Source: Candidatus Oxydemutator sp.
Lineage (GTDB): Bacteria; Pseudomonadota; Gammaproteobacteria; Poriferisulfidales; Oxydemutatoraceae
Direction of reading: 5' to 3'
DNA: 64,000 nt
Assembly (NCBI GenBank): GCA_965203445.1
Contig: OZ241883.1
Coordinates: 1,952,001-2,016,000, forward strand
Positions 50,615 through 61,320 of the stretch are shown in pieces (within the stretch, counting starts at the first letter, position 1; each line of letters opens with the position of its first letter). The notes beneath the pieces are model-generated. The model did no database searches, was not told the DNA's origin, and saw only the letters and a program-made list of their open reading frames with translations. The translations under genes were made by a program, and so were the position numbers.

Positions 50615-51421
50615 TCAGGAGGCCGCGGCCGCCGTATAATCACATTGAAAAGTCGTGTATAGCTGGTTGTGGGAAGGTGCGTCGGCGGTATCGAGAATCA
50701 GACGAAGCAGATGGAAGCGGCAGGACGCGGTCGCCCGTTTTCCCGGCGTCATCGTCAGGAAATCGCGGTCGCCCAGCAGCTGGCACGACAGCGTCAGGTA
50801 GAGCAGATCCAGGCAGCGGTCGGCGATGCACGACTCGAACAGCTCAGGCCCCGCGGCCAGATAGACGCGCTGGCAGCCGGCGCCCGACAGGTGCTCGACC
50901 AACGGCTTGCCTTCGACGCGCTCGCCCGGGGTCTCGACGACGCGAAAACCCAAGGACTCCCACCGCCGGCGGCGTTTGCGGTCGTGCCCCGCGCCGACGA
51001 TGATCTCGACTCTCTCCGGGCGCAGGTAATCCGGCATCGGAAAATCCAGCGTGTTGCTGCAAATTGCGAGGCGCGGTTGCGTCGGCAACCCGCGTGATCG
51101 CCGCCATTCGAGCAGGTGCGGCTCCTCGAGGCGCAGGATGTCGCCGAGGCGACCCTGCGCCAGCGAGCGCAGGTAGCCACCGTGGGTTACGACGCAATCG
51201 GCCTGCGCTTCGAGTTGCAGGAACAATGCCAGATCGTTGCCGCTGGTCAGCGAATCCGGAAGTCGCGCGCCATCGTTTCCGATGACCGCGATGCGCCCGT
51301 CCAGGCTGCTCAGGAAATTGCCGTACACCAGCCGTTTTTCGCCGCTTAACAGCGGGTCATCCAGGTACAGACCGCGCACCGTGTCGCGGATCTGGTGGTC
51401 AGGGTAGAGCTGGGTCAGCAT
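50615..51421 (-). CDS. RibD C-terminal / dihydrofolate-reductase-like domain protein
   Basis: VYGNFLSSLDGRIA, AD.V...GY and AGP.L...I...LD.LYLT motifs. Confidence 0.75.
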   Translation of the reverse strand: MLTQLYPDHQIRDTVRGLYLDDPLLSGEKRLVYGNFLSSLDGRIAVIGNDGARLPDSLTSGNDLALFLQLEAQADCVVTHGGYLRSLAQGRLGDILRLEEPHLLEWRRSRGLPTQPRLAICSNTLDFPMPDYLRPERVEIIVGAGHDRKRRRRWESLGFRVVETPGERVEGKPLVEHLSGAGCQRVYLAAGPELFESCIADRCLDLLYLTLSCQLLGDRDFLTMTPGKRATASCRFHLLRLILDTADAPSHNQLYTTFQCDYTAAAAS

Positions 51422-51496
51422 CTTTTGTCCTATGAACTTTCATCACCAGACATCATATCATATTCCTATGCAAATTCAATTACTTCACAATCATTC

Positions 51497-51520
51497 TGTA
51501 GATTTTGATACATAATTCCC
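51497..51520. mobile_element. Solo IS1595-like terminal inverted repeat
   Basis: TGTAGATTTTGATACATAATTCCC matches 28942-28965 (TGTAGATTTAAGTATATAATTCCC) at 20/24 positions, at the edge of an AT-rich patch. Confidence 0.6.
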
Positions 51521-51743
51521 TTATTCTACGCCGCCGCCAGGCCATGACAAGCGATTTCCGACGAACGGTCATCCTGGAAATTGCCGTCCGGTCGGCGCAA
51601 CCGACTTCCCATCCGACGAATGACACGGTCATCCCGCCGGCAAAGTGCGTTGGCGGGACGTCGGGTTCGCACGTGTCGGGATCGTGCGCATCCAGGGCGC
51701 GCCGGCAAAGGTGGCCACGGCCGACTTTGTATAATGAGGCCCC

Positions 51744-53540
51744 ATGACCAGGCCCATCAGAGTATTGCCGTCGCACCTGGCCGATCAGATCGCCGCGGGA
51801 GAAGTGATCGAACGTCCCGCCTCGGTCGTCAAGGAACTGATCGAAAACGGCCTCGACGCCGGCGCCACGCGAATACGAGTGCGCGTGGAGCAGGGCGGCA
51901 TCAAGCGCATCGAGGTTGCGGACGACGGTCTCGGTATCCCGAAGGAACAACTGCCGCTCGCGCTGGCGCGCCACGCGACCAGCAAGATCGCGACGTTCGA
52001 CGACCTGGTGCAGGTGCGCGACTTCGGGTTTCGCGGCGAGGCGCTGCCCAGCATCGCGTCGGTCTCGGAATTGACGCTGTCCTCGCGCACCGACGGCGAC
52101 GCTTCCGGATGGTGCCTGCGCACGAGCTACGGCGCCAGCGCCGGGACGCCGCGGCCCAGCGCGTCGGCGCGGCGCGGAACCGTGGTGGAAGTGCGCAATC
52201 TGTTCTCGAAGCTGCCGGCGAGACGCAAGTTCCTGAAGGCCGCGCGCACCGAATTCGGCCACGTCCGGCAGCTCCTGCACAAGGCCGCGCTGGCGCGCTT
52301 CGACGTCGCCTGGGTGCTCGAGCACGACGGCCGGGAAGTGTCGCGTTTCCCGGCGGCCGCGGGCGAGGCGGCGCAAAGGGAGCGGCTTGGGAAAATACTC
52401 GGCAAGGCCTTCGCCGAGCATTGCGCGCGTTTCGAGAACGATACCGACGGTCTCAGACTGTCGGGATGGATCGGTGCGCCGACGATCTCGCGCAGCCAGC
52501 CCGACATGCAGTTCGGCTACGTCAACGGCCGCAGCGTGCGCGACAAGACCATCGCTCACGCGCTCAGGCAGGCCTACCAGGACGTTCTGTTCCACGGGCG
52601 CCACCCGTATTGCGTGCTCTATTTGGAGGTGGCGCCGGAGATGGTGGACGTCAACGTGCATCCGGCCAAGCACGAGGTCCGTTTCCGCCAGCAGAGGATG
52701 GTGCACGACTTCGTTCGCGTCACGGTGCAGCGCGCAATCGCCGAACTGACACCGGGCGATACGCCGAACCTTGCCGAATACCATCGCACCCTGGTCAACG
52801 AAAACCCGCGGGCGGCGGCGACGCAAACGCCGCTGAAGATACCGCAGCCGGACTACGCCGCGCGCAAGGCGAGCACCGCGTTCTACGGGCGCATCGCCGA
52901 GCGGGCGCCGCGTGCGGTGCCGGCGGCACCCGTGCCCGCCGCCGCGGCATTGCCCATACCGCCCCTGGGCTACGCGCTGTGCCAACTGCACGGCGTCTAT
53001 ATCGTCGCCCAGAACGAGCACGGAATGGTGCTGGCGGACGTGCACGCGGCCCATGAGCGTATTACTTACGAACGGCTCAAGCGCGCGTACCGGGAGCGCG
53101 ACGTCCGCGTCCAGCCGCTGCTGGTTCCGGTCTCGGTCGAGGTCAGCGAGCGCGAAGCCGACGTCTGCGAGGAACGCGCGGGCGAGCTCGAGCGCATCGG
53201 CTTTGGCGTCGACCGTATCGGGCGCGAAACGCTCGTCGTGCGCCGCCTCCCCAGTCTGCTGGCCGACGCCGATGCCGCCCGTTTGTTGCGCGACGTGCTT
53301 GCCGACTTGTGCGAGCACGGCGCCTCAAGCCGTATCGAGGAGAGCATGGACGCGATCCTTTCGAGCATGGCCTGTCACGGTTCGGTCAGAGCCAACCGCG
53401 CGTTGTCGTCGGACGAGATGAACGCGCTGTTGCGCGATATAGAGAAGACCGAGCGCGGCGGGCAGTGCAACCACGGGCGCCCGACCTGGGCGCAGCTCGG
53501 TATGGAGCAGCTCGACAAGCTGTTCAAGCGCGGGCAATAA
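51744..53540 (+). CDS. mutL: DNA mismatch repair endonuclease MutL
   Basis: QIAAGEVIERPASVVKEL.EN..DAG, GFRGEAL, VDVNVHPAK.EV, DVHAAHERITYE, ACH, CNHGRP. Confidence 0.97.
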   Translation: MTRPIRVLPSHLADQIAAGEVIERPASVVKELIENGLDAGATRIRVRVEQGGIKRIEVADDGLGIPKEQLPLALARHATSKIATFDDLVQVRDFGFRGEALPSIASVSELTLSSRTDGDASGWCLRTSYGASAGTPRPSASARRGTVVEVRNLFSKLPARRKFLKAARTEFGHVRQLLHKAALARFDVAWVLEHDGREVSRFPAAAGEAAQRERLGKILGKAFAEHCARFENDTDGLRLSGWIGAPTISRSQPDMQFGYVNGRSVRDKTIAHALRQAYQDVLFHGRHPYCVLYLEVAPEMVDVNVHPAKHEVRFRQQRMVHDFVRVTVQRAIAELTPGDTPNLAEYHRTLVNENPRAAATQTPLKIPQPDYAARKASTAFYGRIAERAPRAVPAAPVPAAAALPIPPLGYALCQLHGVYIVAQNEHGMVLADVHAAHERITYERLKRAYRERDVRVQPLLVPVSVEVSEREADVCEERAGELERIGFGVDRIGRETLVVRRLPSLLADADAARLLRDVLADLCEHGASSRIEESMDAILSSMACHGSVRANRALSSDEMNALLRDIEKTERGGQCNHGRPTWAQLGMEQLDKLFKRGQ

Positions 53541-53611
53541 GCGACGACGGTGCCCGCCGGCGCGCCGCGGGCGCCCGAATCGGCGGGCCGCGACTCGACA
53601 CGGAGACTCGT

Positions 53612-54595
53612 TTGACCGACGGCTGTCCGATTTCCCCGATTTTCCTGCTGGGACCGACCGCAAGCGGCAAGACCGCGCTCGTCCGGGAACTGGCGCGGCG
53701 CCTTCCGTGCGAGGTCGTGTGCGTGGATTCGGCGCTGGTCTATCGCGGCCTGGACGTCGGCACGGCCAAGCCCGGGCCGGCGACGCGCGCGCGCGTACCG
53801 CATCACCTGGTGGACCTGTGCGAACCGTCGGAAATCTACTCGGCGGCGAGGTTTTGCGCCGATGCGACGCGCGCGATCCGCGACATCCAGGGGCGGGGGC
53901 GCGTGCCGCTGCTGGCCGGAGGGACGATGTTCTACTTTCACGCGCTCGAACACGGTCTGGCGGCGATGCCTTCCGCCGATCCCGAACTGCGCGGCGACCT
54001 CGACGCGCGCGCGCGCCGCGAGGGCCTGCGAACCCTGCACGACGAGCTGAGACGGCTCGACCCGGCCGCCGCCGCGCGCGTCCACCCGAATGATTCGCAG
54101 CGCGTGCAGCGCGCGCTCGAGGTGTGCCTCTCCGGCGCGCGCCGCTTTGGCGAACGCCGGGGCGCCGAGGCCGACAAAGCGCCCGGCGCGCCGGAGGTGC
54201 CGTTGTTGCACGGGCGCCTCCACCGTGTCGGCCTGGTCTGCGCTGAGCGCGCGCACCTGCACCGGCGCATCGCACGACGCTTCGATCAGATGCTGGCGGA
54301 CGATTTTTGCGGCGAGGTCAGCCGCCTGCTGCTGCGCGGCGACCTCGATCCGGCGCTGCCGGCGCTGCGGGCGGTCGGCTACCGCCAAATGCGAAAATAC
54401 CTGTGCGGACGTTACGGCTTCGAGGAAATGCGCATGCGGGCGATCCACGCGACGCGGCAGCTGGCCAAAAAACAGTTGACATGGATGCGACGGATGCCAA
54501 ACTTGGACTTATACTTCAGCGACCGTTGCGGTTTTCCGCAAATTGCCGAACGCATAGAAAAAAAACAAAGGAGCATATCGGCGCAATGCACATAG
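53612..54595 (+). CDS. miaA: tRNA dimethylallyltransferase (start uncertain)
   Basis: [47 protein letters not shown]. Confidence 0.95.
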   Translation: MTDGCPISPIFLLGPTASGKTALVRELARRLPCEVVCVDSALVYRGLDVGTAKPGPATRARVPHHLVDLCEPSEIYSAARFCADATRAIRDIQGRGRVPLLAGGTMFYFHALEHGLAAMPSADPELRGDLDARARREGLRTLHDELRRLDPAAAARVHPNDSQRVQRALEVCLSGARRFGERRGAEADKAPGAPEVPLLHGRLHRVGLVCAERAHLHRRIARRFDQMLADDFCGEVSRLLLRGDLDPALPALRAVGYRQMRKYLCGRYGFEEMRMRAIHATRQLAKKQLTWMRRMPNLDLYFSDRCGFPQIAERIEKKQRSISAQCT

Positions 54596-54864
54596 ACAAA
54601 GCCGGCGCGGCAAAAAAAGGGCCGCACGCGACGCGCGGCCAGAACGTCCAGGATCCGTTCCTGAACGCCGCGCGCAAGGCCAGGGTTCCAGTTTCGATCT
54701 ACCTGATCAACGGCGTCAAGCTGCAAGGCAGGATAGATTCGTTCGATCAATTCGTCATCGTCCTGCGCAACAACGCCGTGCAGGTGTTGTACAAGCACGC
54801 GATTTCGACCATCGTCCCGGTGCAACCGTTCGACTGGTCGCACAAAGGCGGCGACGCAGGCTAA
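54586..54864 (+). CDS. hfq: RNA chaperone Hfq
   Basis: [42 protein letters not shown]; follows miaA. Confidence 0.95.
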   Translation: MHIDKAGAAKKGPHATRGQNVQDPFLNAARKARVPVSIYLINGVKLQGRIDSFDQFVIVLRNNAVQVLYKHAISTIVPVQPFDWSHKGGDAG

Positions 54865-54870
54865 GCCGAC

Positions 54871-55665
54871 GTGTGGCAGGTGGCGACCATCCCGGCGTTT
54901 GCGGACAACTACCTGTGGTTGCTGCAAGGATCGGGGCGTCGGGCGGCCGTCGTCGATCCCGGCGACGCGGAGCCGGTGCTCGCGGCGCTCGACGCCGGGA
55001 AATGGGAGCTTGCGGCGATCCTGATCACCCACCATCACGCCGACCATATCGGCGGCGTGGCGCGCCTGCTGGCGTCGTTTCCCGAGGCCCGCGTATATGG
55101 CCCCGAGGACCGGCGCATCGGCGGCTTGACGCGCGTCGTGCGCGAGGGCGATCACGTCGAACTCGACTTTCTGCCCGCGCGCTTTGCGGTGTTCGAGGTG
55201 CCGGGCCACACGCGCACGCACCTTGCCTACTACACCGCGGGCACGCGGCGCGGAGAGGAGAGGCTGTTCTGCGGCGACACGATCTTTGCCTGCGGCTGCG
55301 GACGCCTGTTTGAAGGCACGCCGGCGCAGATGTGCGACTCGCTGTCGAAACTGAGACGGCTGCCGCAGACGACGCAAATCTATTGCGCGCACGAATACAC
55401 CCTCGACAATATCGCCTTTGCGAAGTGGGTGGAGCCGGACAGCGAGGCGCTGCTGGCGCGCGAGCGCGAGGCGCGGGCGCTGCGCGCAGCCGGACGCCCG
55501 ACGGTGCCGTCGCGGCTTGCGACGGAGCGTCGCACCAATCCTTTTCTGCGTTTCGACGAACCTCAGGTCGTAGCCGCGGCGCGCCGGCACGCGGGTGCCG
55601 CGTTGGCCACCGACGAGGAGGTCTTCGGCGAGATCCGCCGCTGGAAAGACACCGAGTTCGATTGA
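54871..55665 (+). CDS. gloB: Hydroxyacylglutathione hydrolase (glyoxalase II)
   Basis: PAFADNY.W, THHHADHIGG, LFCGDT.F.CGCGRLFEG, CAHEYT, TNPFLR. Confidence 0.95.
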   Translation: MWQVATIPAFADNYLWLLQGSGRRAAVVDPGDAEPVLAALDAGKWELAAILITHHHADHIGGVARLLASFPEARVYGPEDRRIGGLTRVVREGDHVELDFLPARFAVFEVPGHTRTHLAYYTAGTRRGEERLFCGDTIFACGCGRLFEGTPAQMCDSLSKLRRLPQTTQIYCAHEYTLDNIAFAKWVEPDSEALLAREREARALRAAGRPTVPSRLATERRTNPFLRFDEPQVVAAARRHAGAALATDEEVFGEIRRWKDTEFD

Positions 55666-55705
55666 ACGCCGCGGCTGTTCGCGCGCCCGTGGCCGCGCTC
55701 CCGGG

Positions 55706-55975
55706 CTAGCCGATCACAAAGCCTTCGGGCGCGGGCGCCTGCGCCGGTTCGCTTACCAGGCCGGTTACGCGCGCCCCCGGCGGGCCCGCGGCCACCGCCC
55801 GCCGCACCCGCTCGACGGCCTGGGGCGCGCCGTGGAGCCGCACCTCGACGCGACCGTCCGCCAGGTTGACGGCCGCGCCGGCGACGTTTTCCGCTACCGC
55901 CACGGCGCGCACGAAAGCGCGAAAACCGACGCCTTGCACGCGCCCCGAGACGAGTATCCTCAGACCCTGCATCAC
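55706..55975 (-). CDS. Acylphosphatase
   Basis: VSGRVQGVGFR, NLADGRVEV, GPPGARV. Confidence 0.9.
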   Translation of the reverse strand: MMQGLRILVSGRVQGVGFRAFVRAVAVAENVAGAAVNLADGRVEVRLHGAPQAVERVRRAVAAGPPGARVTGLVSEPAQAPAPEGFVIG

Positions 55976-56237
55976 ACCTTACGACACGGAGTCGTACTCA
56001 TTCCTCTCGCGCGGGTAGCGCTCGATTCCGGCCGCGGCTTCTTCGATGGCCGCTTGCGGCCGGTCAATTTCGAGGCTCTTGTGCGGTTTTGCATAATCGG
56101 GCGGGAAGGCGACGCTCGCGGGCGCCGGCGCTGATTTTCTGCATGCCGTGGCAAGGCGCATAAGCGCCGCTCGCGGGCGCCGTCCGACGCCGGCAGGCGG
56201 CGGATGAAGCACGTCGTTAGGGTAACATAAGCGGGTC

Positions 56238-57476
56238 ATGGGAACACGCGCGCACGTTTGCGTACTGGGTGCCGGCATCGCCGGCGTGACCACCGCCTAC
56301 CGGCTCAACCAGGACGGCTTCGACGTGACCGTCATCGAGCGCCGCGCACGTGCGGGCATGGAGACGTCGTTCGCCAACGGCGCCCAGCTGTCGCTCGCGA
56401 ACGCGCTGCCGTGGGCGCTGCCGGGCATGGCCTGGAAGGCGACGCGGTGGATCTTCGACGAGGATGCCAGCCTGTTCATACGTCCCAAGTTGTCGTGGCG
56501 CGAGTGGTGGTGGATCGCCGGTTTTTTTGCGAACTGCCGCGCGCGCGCCGCCGACCGCAACACCGCGGCGTTGATCGGGCTGTGCCGTCGTTCGCTGCGG
56601 CTGTACCATGAGCTGATCGAGCGCGAGCGCCTGCACTTTGACTACTCCCGAAAGGGCGTGCTGCACTTTTATTGCGACCGCGCGGCGTATCGTGACGCAC
56701 GCCGCCTCGGCGCGCGCCTTGCGGGCGGCGAACGTCCGTGCCGCGTGCCCGTGGACGGCGCGCAGATAGTGCGCCTGGAGCCGGCGCTTGCGGCCGCGGC
56801 CGGGCGCATCGTCGGCGGCTTCTACGCCGAGGGCGACGCCACCGGAGACGCCCATGTATTCTGCAAGGAACTGGCGCGCGTCTGCGACGCGCGCGGGGTG
56901 CGCTTTCGCTACCGCACGCGGGTTACCGGGCTGGCGCCGCGGGCGGGCGAAGTCGTCGTCAAGATCGCGGACGACGGCGGCTGCGACGACGCGCTCAGCG
57001 CCGATCACGCGGTCTGCTGCCTCGGTTCGTATTCACCGCTGCTGCTGCGCACGGCCGGCGTATTCGTCAACGTCTATCCGGTCAAGGGATATTCGCTGAC
57101 GATAGACCTGAAGGACGCGGCCGCGCGCAAGGCGGCGCCGTCGGTGTCGGTGCTGGACGACGAACACAAAATCGTCGCCAGCCGCCTGGGCGACCGCCTG
57201 CGCGTCGCCGGCACCGCCGAGCTTGACGGCTACAACCTGGATATCCGCGAGCGCCGTATCGCGCCGCTGAAGAACTGGGTGCGCCGGCTGTTTCCGCAAA
57301 TCTCGCTCGAATACGCGGTGCCGTGGGCCGGGCTGAGGCCGGCAACGCCGTCGAATCTGCCGCGCGTGGGCGCCACGCGCCACCCGCGCCTGTGGCTGAA
57401 CACCGGTCACGGCAGCCTGGGGTGGACCTCGGCGATGGCGACGGCCGAGCAGGTGTCGTGTGCTATAATGAAATGA
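56238..57476 (+). CDS. dadA: D-amino acid dehydrogenase (DadA-like FAD oxidoreductase)
   Basis: GAGIAG, ETSFANGAQLS, YPVKGYSLT, WAGLRP.TP, NTGHGSLGWT. Confidence 0.85.
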   Translation: MGTRAHVCVLGAGIAGVTTAYRLNQDGFDVTVIERRARAGMETSFANGAQLSLANALPWALPGMAWKATRWIFDEDASLFIRPKLSWREWWWIAGFFANCRARAADRNTAALIGLCRRSLRLYHELIERERLHFDYSRKGVLHFYCDRAAYRDARRLGARLAGGERPCRVPVDGAQIVRLEPALAAAAGRIVGGFYAEGDATGDAHVFCKELARVCDARGVRFRYRTRVTGLAPRAGEVVVKIADDGGCDDALSADHAVCCLGSYSPLLLRTAGVFVNVYPVKGYSLTIDLKDAAARKAAPSVSVLDDEHKIVASRLGDRLRVAGTAELDGYNLDIRERRIAPLKNWVRRLFPQISLEYAVPWAGLRPATPSNLPRVGATRHPRLWLNTGHGSLGWTSAMATAEQVSCAIMK

Positions 57477-57502
57477 CTCCAGGCAAGCGACGAGGACGAG
57501 AG

Positions 57503-58240
57503 ATGTCGAGACGTTTTCATTTGCTGGTCGCAATAGTCGCAACAGGCGTATTGTGCGCGGCTTTTGCGGTTGTTGCGCAGCAGCGCGTGGTCGTGGGCGA
57601 CAGCGTCGAACGACCCGCGCCGGGATGGGGCGAACTCGGATACGAGCCGCCCACGCCCGGCACCTACGAACTTCCGGTAATTCGACCGGCGGCCGACGGG
57701 GCGGTGTTGCTTGAAGACGGTTCCGAGGCGAGACTGCGTTCCTATCTGCAGGGGAAAATCTCCGTCTTATCCTTCATCTACACGAGCTGTTCGGACGTCA
57801 ACGGCTGCCCGCTCGCGACCTTTGTGCTGCACTCGCTGAAAGGAGCGATTGCGCGCCACCCGAACCTGTCCGACAAAGTTCGTTTCATCAGCCTGAGCTT
57901 CGACCCCGAACGCGACACGCCCAAGGCCATGCGCGATTACGGACGCGACTTCAAGCAGGGAACGGCCGCCGAATGGCTCTTCATGACCACCAGGTCGGAC
58001 AAGGAATTGCGCCCGATACTGAAGGCTTATAGCCAATACGTGAACAAGGCGCGCGACGCCGGCGGCAACACCGAAATCGCCCATACCCTGCGCGCCTATC
58101 TGGTGGACGCCAGTGGCGACGTCCGCAATATATACAGCATAGACTTTCTGCACCCGGATCTGCTGATGGCCGACATAGAGACCATCATGCTGGACGAGAG
58201 TCGTTTATCGAAGAGGGACGCGCCCGGGAACGAGAGGTGA
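57503..58240 (+). CDS. SCO1/SenC-family copper chaperone (exported)
   Basis: FIYTSCSDVNGCP (expanded Cys motif), SFDPERDTP, IAHT..YLVD..G. Confidence 0.85.
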   Translation: MSRRFHLLVAIVATGVLCAAFAVVAQQRVVVGDSVERPAPGWGELGYEPPTPGTYELPVIRPAADGAVLLEDGSEARLRSYLQGKISVLSFIYTSCSDVNGCPLATFVLHSLKGAIARHPNLSDKVRFISLSFDPERDTPKAMRDYGRDFKQGTAAEWLFMTTRSDKELRPILKAYSQYVNKARDAGGNTEIAHTLRAYLVDASGDVRNIYSIDFLHPDLLMADIETIMLDESRLSKRDAPGNER

Positions 58241-59577
58241 GGCCCGAGCGCGCTCAGGGCCGCGTGCTGCTGGCATCGGCCGTGGTCGTCGTCGGGGCCA
58301 TCGCGATAGCCGCCGGGGCCGGGACCGAGACGGGGGCCGCCGACGAGGACTCGATACTAGGTTCCGGCGACTATAAGGAAGGCTATGAGTCGGATGAATA
58401 CCGGACTCGTTCGCGCAGTCTTGAAAGCCGCACCGGGCGGGAGGCCAACCTCTATGCGTTGATGCGCGACCCGCCGCTGGGGCTGCCGTCGCCGCCGTGG
58501 CCACGCCTGAATCCGCCGTCGCCGGACGCCATCGCGCTCGGGCGGCGCCTGTTCTTCGACCGTCGCCTGTCATTGAACAACACCATGTCGTGCGCGATGT
58601 GCCACGTGCCGGAGATGGGGTTTGCCCACAACGAGCTCAAGACCGCGGTCGGCTTCGAGGGCCGCAGTGGCAGGCGCAACACGCCGACCCTGCTGAACGT
58701 CGCCTACAAGACGATGCTGTTTCACGACGGCCGCGAGTTCTCGCTCGAAAATCAAATATGGTCGCCGCTGCTGGCGCGCAATGAGATGGCCAATCCGTCG
58801 GTCGGGGCCGTTATAGAAAAAATACGCCGGATCAAGGAATACCCGGGTATCTTTCAGAAGGTATTCGGCGAGCGCGGCGTGTCCATGGAGACCGTCAGCA
58901 TGGCGTTTGCCCAGTATCAGCGCGCGCTGCTGTCGGCGAATTCGCGTTTTGATCGCTGGCGCTACAACGGCGAGAAAAACCTGCTGAACGCCGAGGAGCA
59001 GCGGGGTTTTGCGATCTTCAACGGCGCCGGCGCGTGTTCGGCATGCCACCTGATCGGCGAGCGCCACGCGCTGTTCACCGACAACCAGCTGCACAATACC
59101 GGGATAGGTTTCGATACCTCGATGAGGAAGGCGGCACCGACCGAGCGCGTCCAGTTGGCGCCGGGCGTCTTCGCCGACGTCGATCGCGGCGAGATCGCCG
59201 GCATCGGAGGCCCGCCCACCAAAATCAACGACGTCGGACGCTACGAGGTGACGCAGGACCCGGGCGACCGCTGGAAATACACGACGCCGACGTTGCGCAA
59301 CGTCGCGCTGACCGCGCCGTACATGCACAACGGCGAGTTGTTGACGCTCGAGGCGGTGGTCGAGTTCTACGACCGCGGGGGCGTGCCCAATGAATCGCTG
59401 AGTCCGCTGATCCGACCACTCGGTTTGACGCCGGCCGACAAGAAAGCGTTGGTCGCTTTCCTGCAGACGCTGACCGGCGGCAATACCGCGGAATTGGTGT
59501 CGGACGCGTTTGCGGCGCCGGTCGGTGAACTGCGGCGCGACGATCCGTTCTGGGCAAACCAGCGCTTCGCGGAATAA
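58237..59577 (+). CDS. Di-heme cytochrome c peroxidase / MauG-like protein
   Basis: LGRRLFFD.RLS, CAMCH, RNTPT, CSACH, TPTLRNVALTAPYMHNG. Confidence 0.9.
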   Translation: MRPERAQGRVLLASAVVVVGAIAIAAGAGTETGAADEDSILGSGDYKEGYESDEYRTRSRSLESRTGREANLYALMRDPPLGLPSPPWPRLNPPSPDAIALGRRLFFDRRLSLNNTMSCAMCHVPEMGFAHNELKTAVGFEGRSGRRNTPTLLNVAYKTMLFHDGREFSLENQIWSPLLARNEMANPSVGAVIEKIRRIKEYPGIFQKVFGERGVSMETVSMAFAQYQRALLSANSRFDRWRYNGEKNLLNAEEQRGFAIFNGAGACSACHLIGERHALFTDNQLHNTGIGFDTSMRKAAPTERVQLAPGVFADVDRGEIAGIGGPPTKINDVGRYEVTQDPGDRWKYTTPTLRNVALTAPYMHNGELLTLEAVVEFYDRGGVPNESLSPLIRPLGLTPADKKALVAFLQTLTGGNTAELVSDAFAAPVGELRRDDPFWANQRFAE

Positions 59578-59580
59578 CCG

Positions 59581-60147
59581 GTGGCGTGCACAATACGCAA
59601 TGCGCCTGCAATCGCGATGGGCGTATGGCTATCCATCATCGCCGCCGTCGGCGCTCAGGCGGCGATAGCGGAGCCGGGCGCGAGGCTGTTCGATCCGATA
59701 CCCCCGGGGCAGAGCGCGCAAGGATTCTCTCTACCGGACGTGCACGGGCGCAGGCACACGTTGGAGGAGTATCGCGGACGCTTCGTGCTGGTCGCTTTCT
59801 GGTCGGCGAACTGCCTGATTTGCGTCGAGGAAATCGCCGACATGGAGGCCGCGTACCACTTGTTGCGCGGAGGCGATGCAGATGCCGCCTTCGAGATAAT
59901 CGCAATCCACGCGGGTGCCGAGTCGTCGAAGATGCGCGAGGTGCTGGCAGCCAGCGCGGCCAGCTACACCGTGCTGGTCGACGAAGATCTGGAGATGGGC
60001 GGCTGGGGCATCCCGGCGCTGCCGACCGTTTATCTGGTAAGCCCCGAGGGAGAACTGCTCTACCGTGCGGTCGGCGCACGCGACTGGGGAGCGCCACGCT
60101 TGTTGGATCTGTTGCGCTCGATCATGGATACTTCCTCGAAGCGATGA
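59581..60147 (+). CDS. TlpA/ResA-like exported thioredoxin
   Basis: FSLPD..G, FWSANCLICVEE, LPT.YLV..EG, GARDW. Confidence 0.85.
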   Translation: MACTIRNAPAIAMGVWLSIIAAVGAQAAIAEPGARLFDPIPPGQSAQGFSLPDVHGRRHTLEEYRGRFVLVAFWSANCLICVEEIADMEAAYHLLRGGDADAAFEIIAIHAGAESSKMREVLAASAASYTVLVDEDLEMGGWGIPALPTVYLVSPEGELLYRAVGARDWGAPRLLDLLRSIMDTSSKR

Positions 60148-60149
60148 AA

Positions 60150-60192
60150 GATGCCGCTCCCGACGTGCCACCGGTCCGCCGGGAGCGGCATC
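60150..60192. terminator. 13-bp stem-loop between the SCO-MauG-TlpA genes and mptG
   Basis: GATGCCGCTCCCG ... CGGGAGCGGCATC; no U-tract. Confidence 0.4.
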
Positions 60193-60295
60193 CCGCCGGC
60201 GCCCAGGTACATTAGACTTTGCGCCGCCCATGGCCTAGCTTTGTTCGCGGAGAGGAATTCGAGAGGCTAGGCGGTAGTGACGGCGCCGCCGACCC

Positions 60296-61297
60296 ATGGA
60301 GCGACAAAAGCGATTCCTGACGACTTGCCGGGTAGCCGCACCGGCGCGCCTGCATCTGGGTTTTGTCGATCTGCACGGCGGCCTCGGACGCCGCTTCGGC
60401 AGCCTCGGCGTCTCGCTTGCCGAACCGGTGACCGAGCTGCGCCTGTCGCCGGCGACGGCGCTCGACGTGTCCGGTTGCGCGCACGCCAAGGCGGCGCGGC
60501 TCGTCGCCCGCTTCGATCGCCACCACGGCGTCACCACGCGCGCGCGCATCGAGATCGCGCACGGTATTCCCGAACACCGGGGACTCGGTTCCGGCACGCA
60601 GTTGGCGCTCGCCGTGGGCCATGCGCTGAACCGACTGCATCGGCTCGGCTTGTCGAGCCGGGCGCTGGCCTCCGGCCTCGGGCGCGGCAGACGCTCCGGG
60701 ATCGGGATCGCCGCATTCGACGGGGGCGGCGTGGTCGCGGACGGCGGCCGTGGCGACGGCGATACGCCGCCCCCGGCAATCGTGCGCCTGCCTTTCCCCG
60801 AACAGTGGCGCATCCTGCTGATTTTCGACGACGACGAGGAAGCCGGCCTGCACGGCGCGAAGGAAGAATCGGCGTTTTCGGAATTACCGAAATTTTCAGT
60901 ACAATGCGCCGGTTTCCTGAGCCGTCTTCTGATGATGAAGCTGCTGCCGGCCGTGGCCGAGGCGGACTATCCGTCTTTTGCCGAAGCGATCAGCGAGTTT
61001 CAGGACGTAATCGGCGATTACTTCTCGGCGGTGCAGGGCGGCGGATGCCGCAGCCGGCGCATCGGGAAAATTCTGGATTACCTGAAGAAAAAAGATATAC
61101 AGGGAAGCGGCCAGAGTTCGTGGGGCCCGACCGCCTTTGCCGTCACCCGCGACCAGAACGCGGCGCGCGATTTGAGAACCATGATCGAGCGGCACCTCGG
61201 CGACGACGCGTTTTTCGCCTCGGCGCGCGTCAGTATGCTGATCACCGCCGGCAACAATCGAGGCGGTGACGTGCGCGCCGAATACGACGAATCATGA
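60296..61297 (+). CDS. mptG: Beta-ribofuranosylaminobenzene 5'-phosphate (RFAP) synthase
   Basis: APARLHLGFVDL, H.GLGSGTQLAL, GRGRRSGIG, GQSSWGPT; precedes mtdB-orfY-mch. Confidence 0.9.
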   Translation: MERQKRFLTTCRVAAPARLHLGFVDLHGGLGRRFGSLGVSLAEPVTELRLSPATALDVSGCAHAKAARLVARFDRHHGVTTRARIEIAHGIPEHRGLGSGTQLALAVGHALNRLHRLGLSSRALASGLGRGRRSGIGIAAFDGGGVVADGGRGDGDTPPPAIVRLPFPEQWRILLIFDDDEEAGLHGAKEESAFSELPKFSVQCAGFLSRLLMMKLLPAVAEADYPSFAEAISEFQDVIGDYFSAVQGGGCRSRRIGKILDYLKKKDIQGSGQSSWGPTAFAVTRDQNAARDLRTMIERHLGDDAFFASARVSMLITAGNNRGGDVRAEYDES

Positions 61298-61320
61298 ACA
61301 CACCGTAACCGGGGGATACA

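Noticed and set aside
54586-55665. hfq followed by gloB rather than hflX
   Set aside because: Ordinary gene-order rearrangement with no sign of a mobile element or functional novelty
55972-56154. 60-aa ORF upstream of the acylphosphatase gene
   Set aside because: No motif or clear RBS; the region more likely holds divergent promoters
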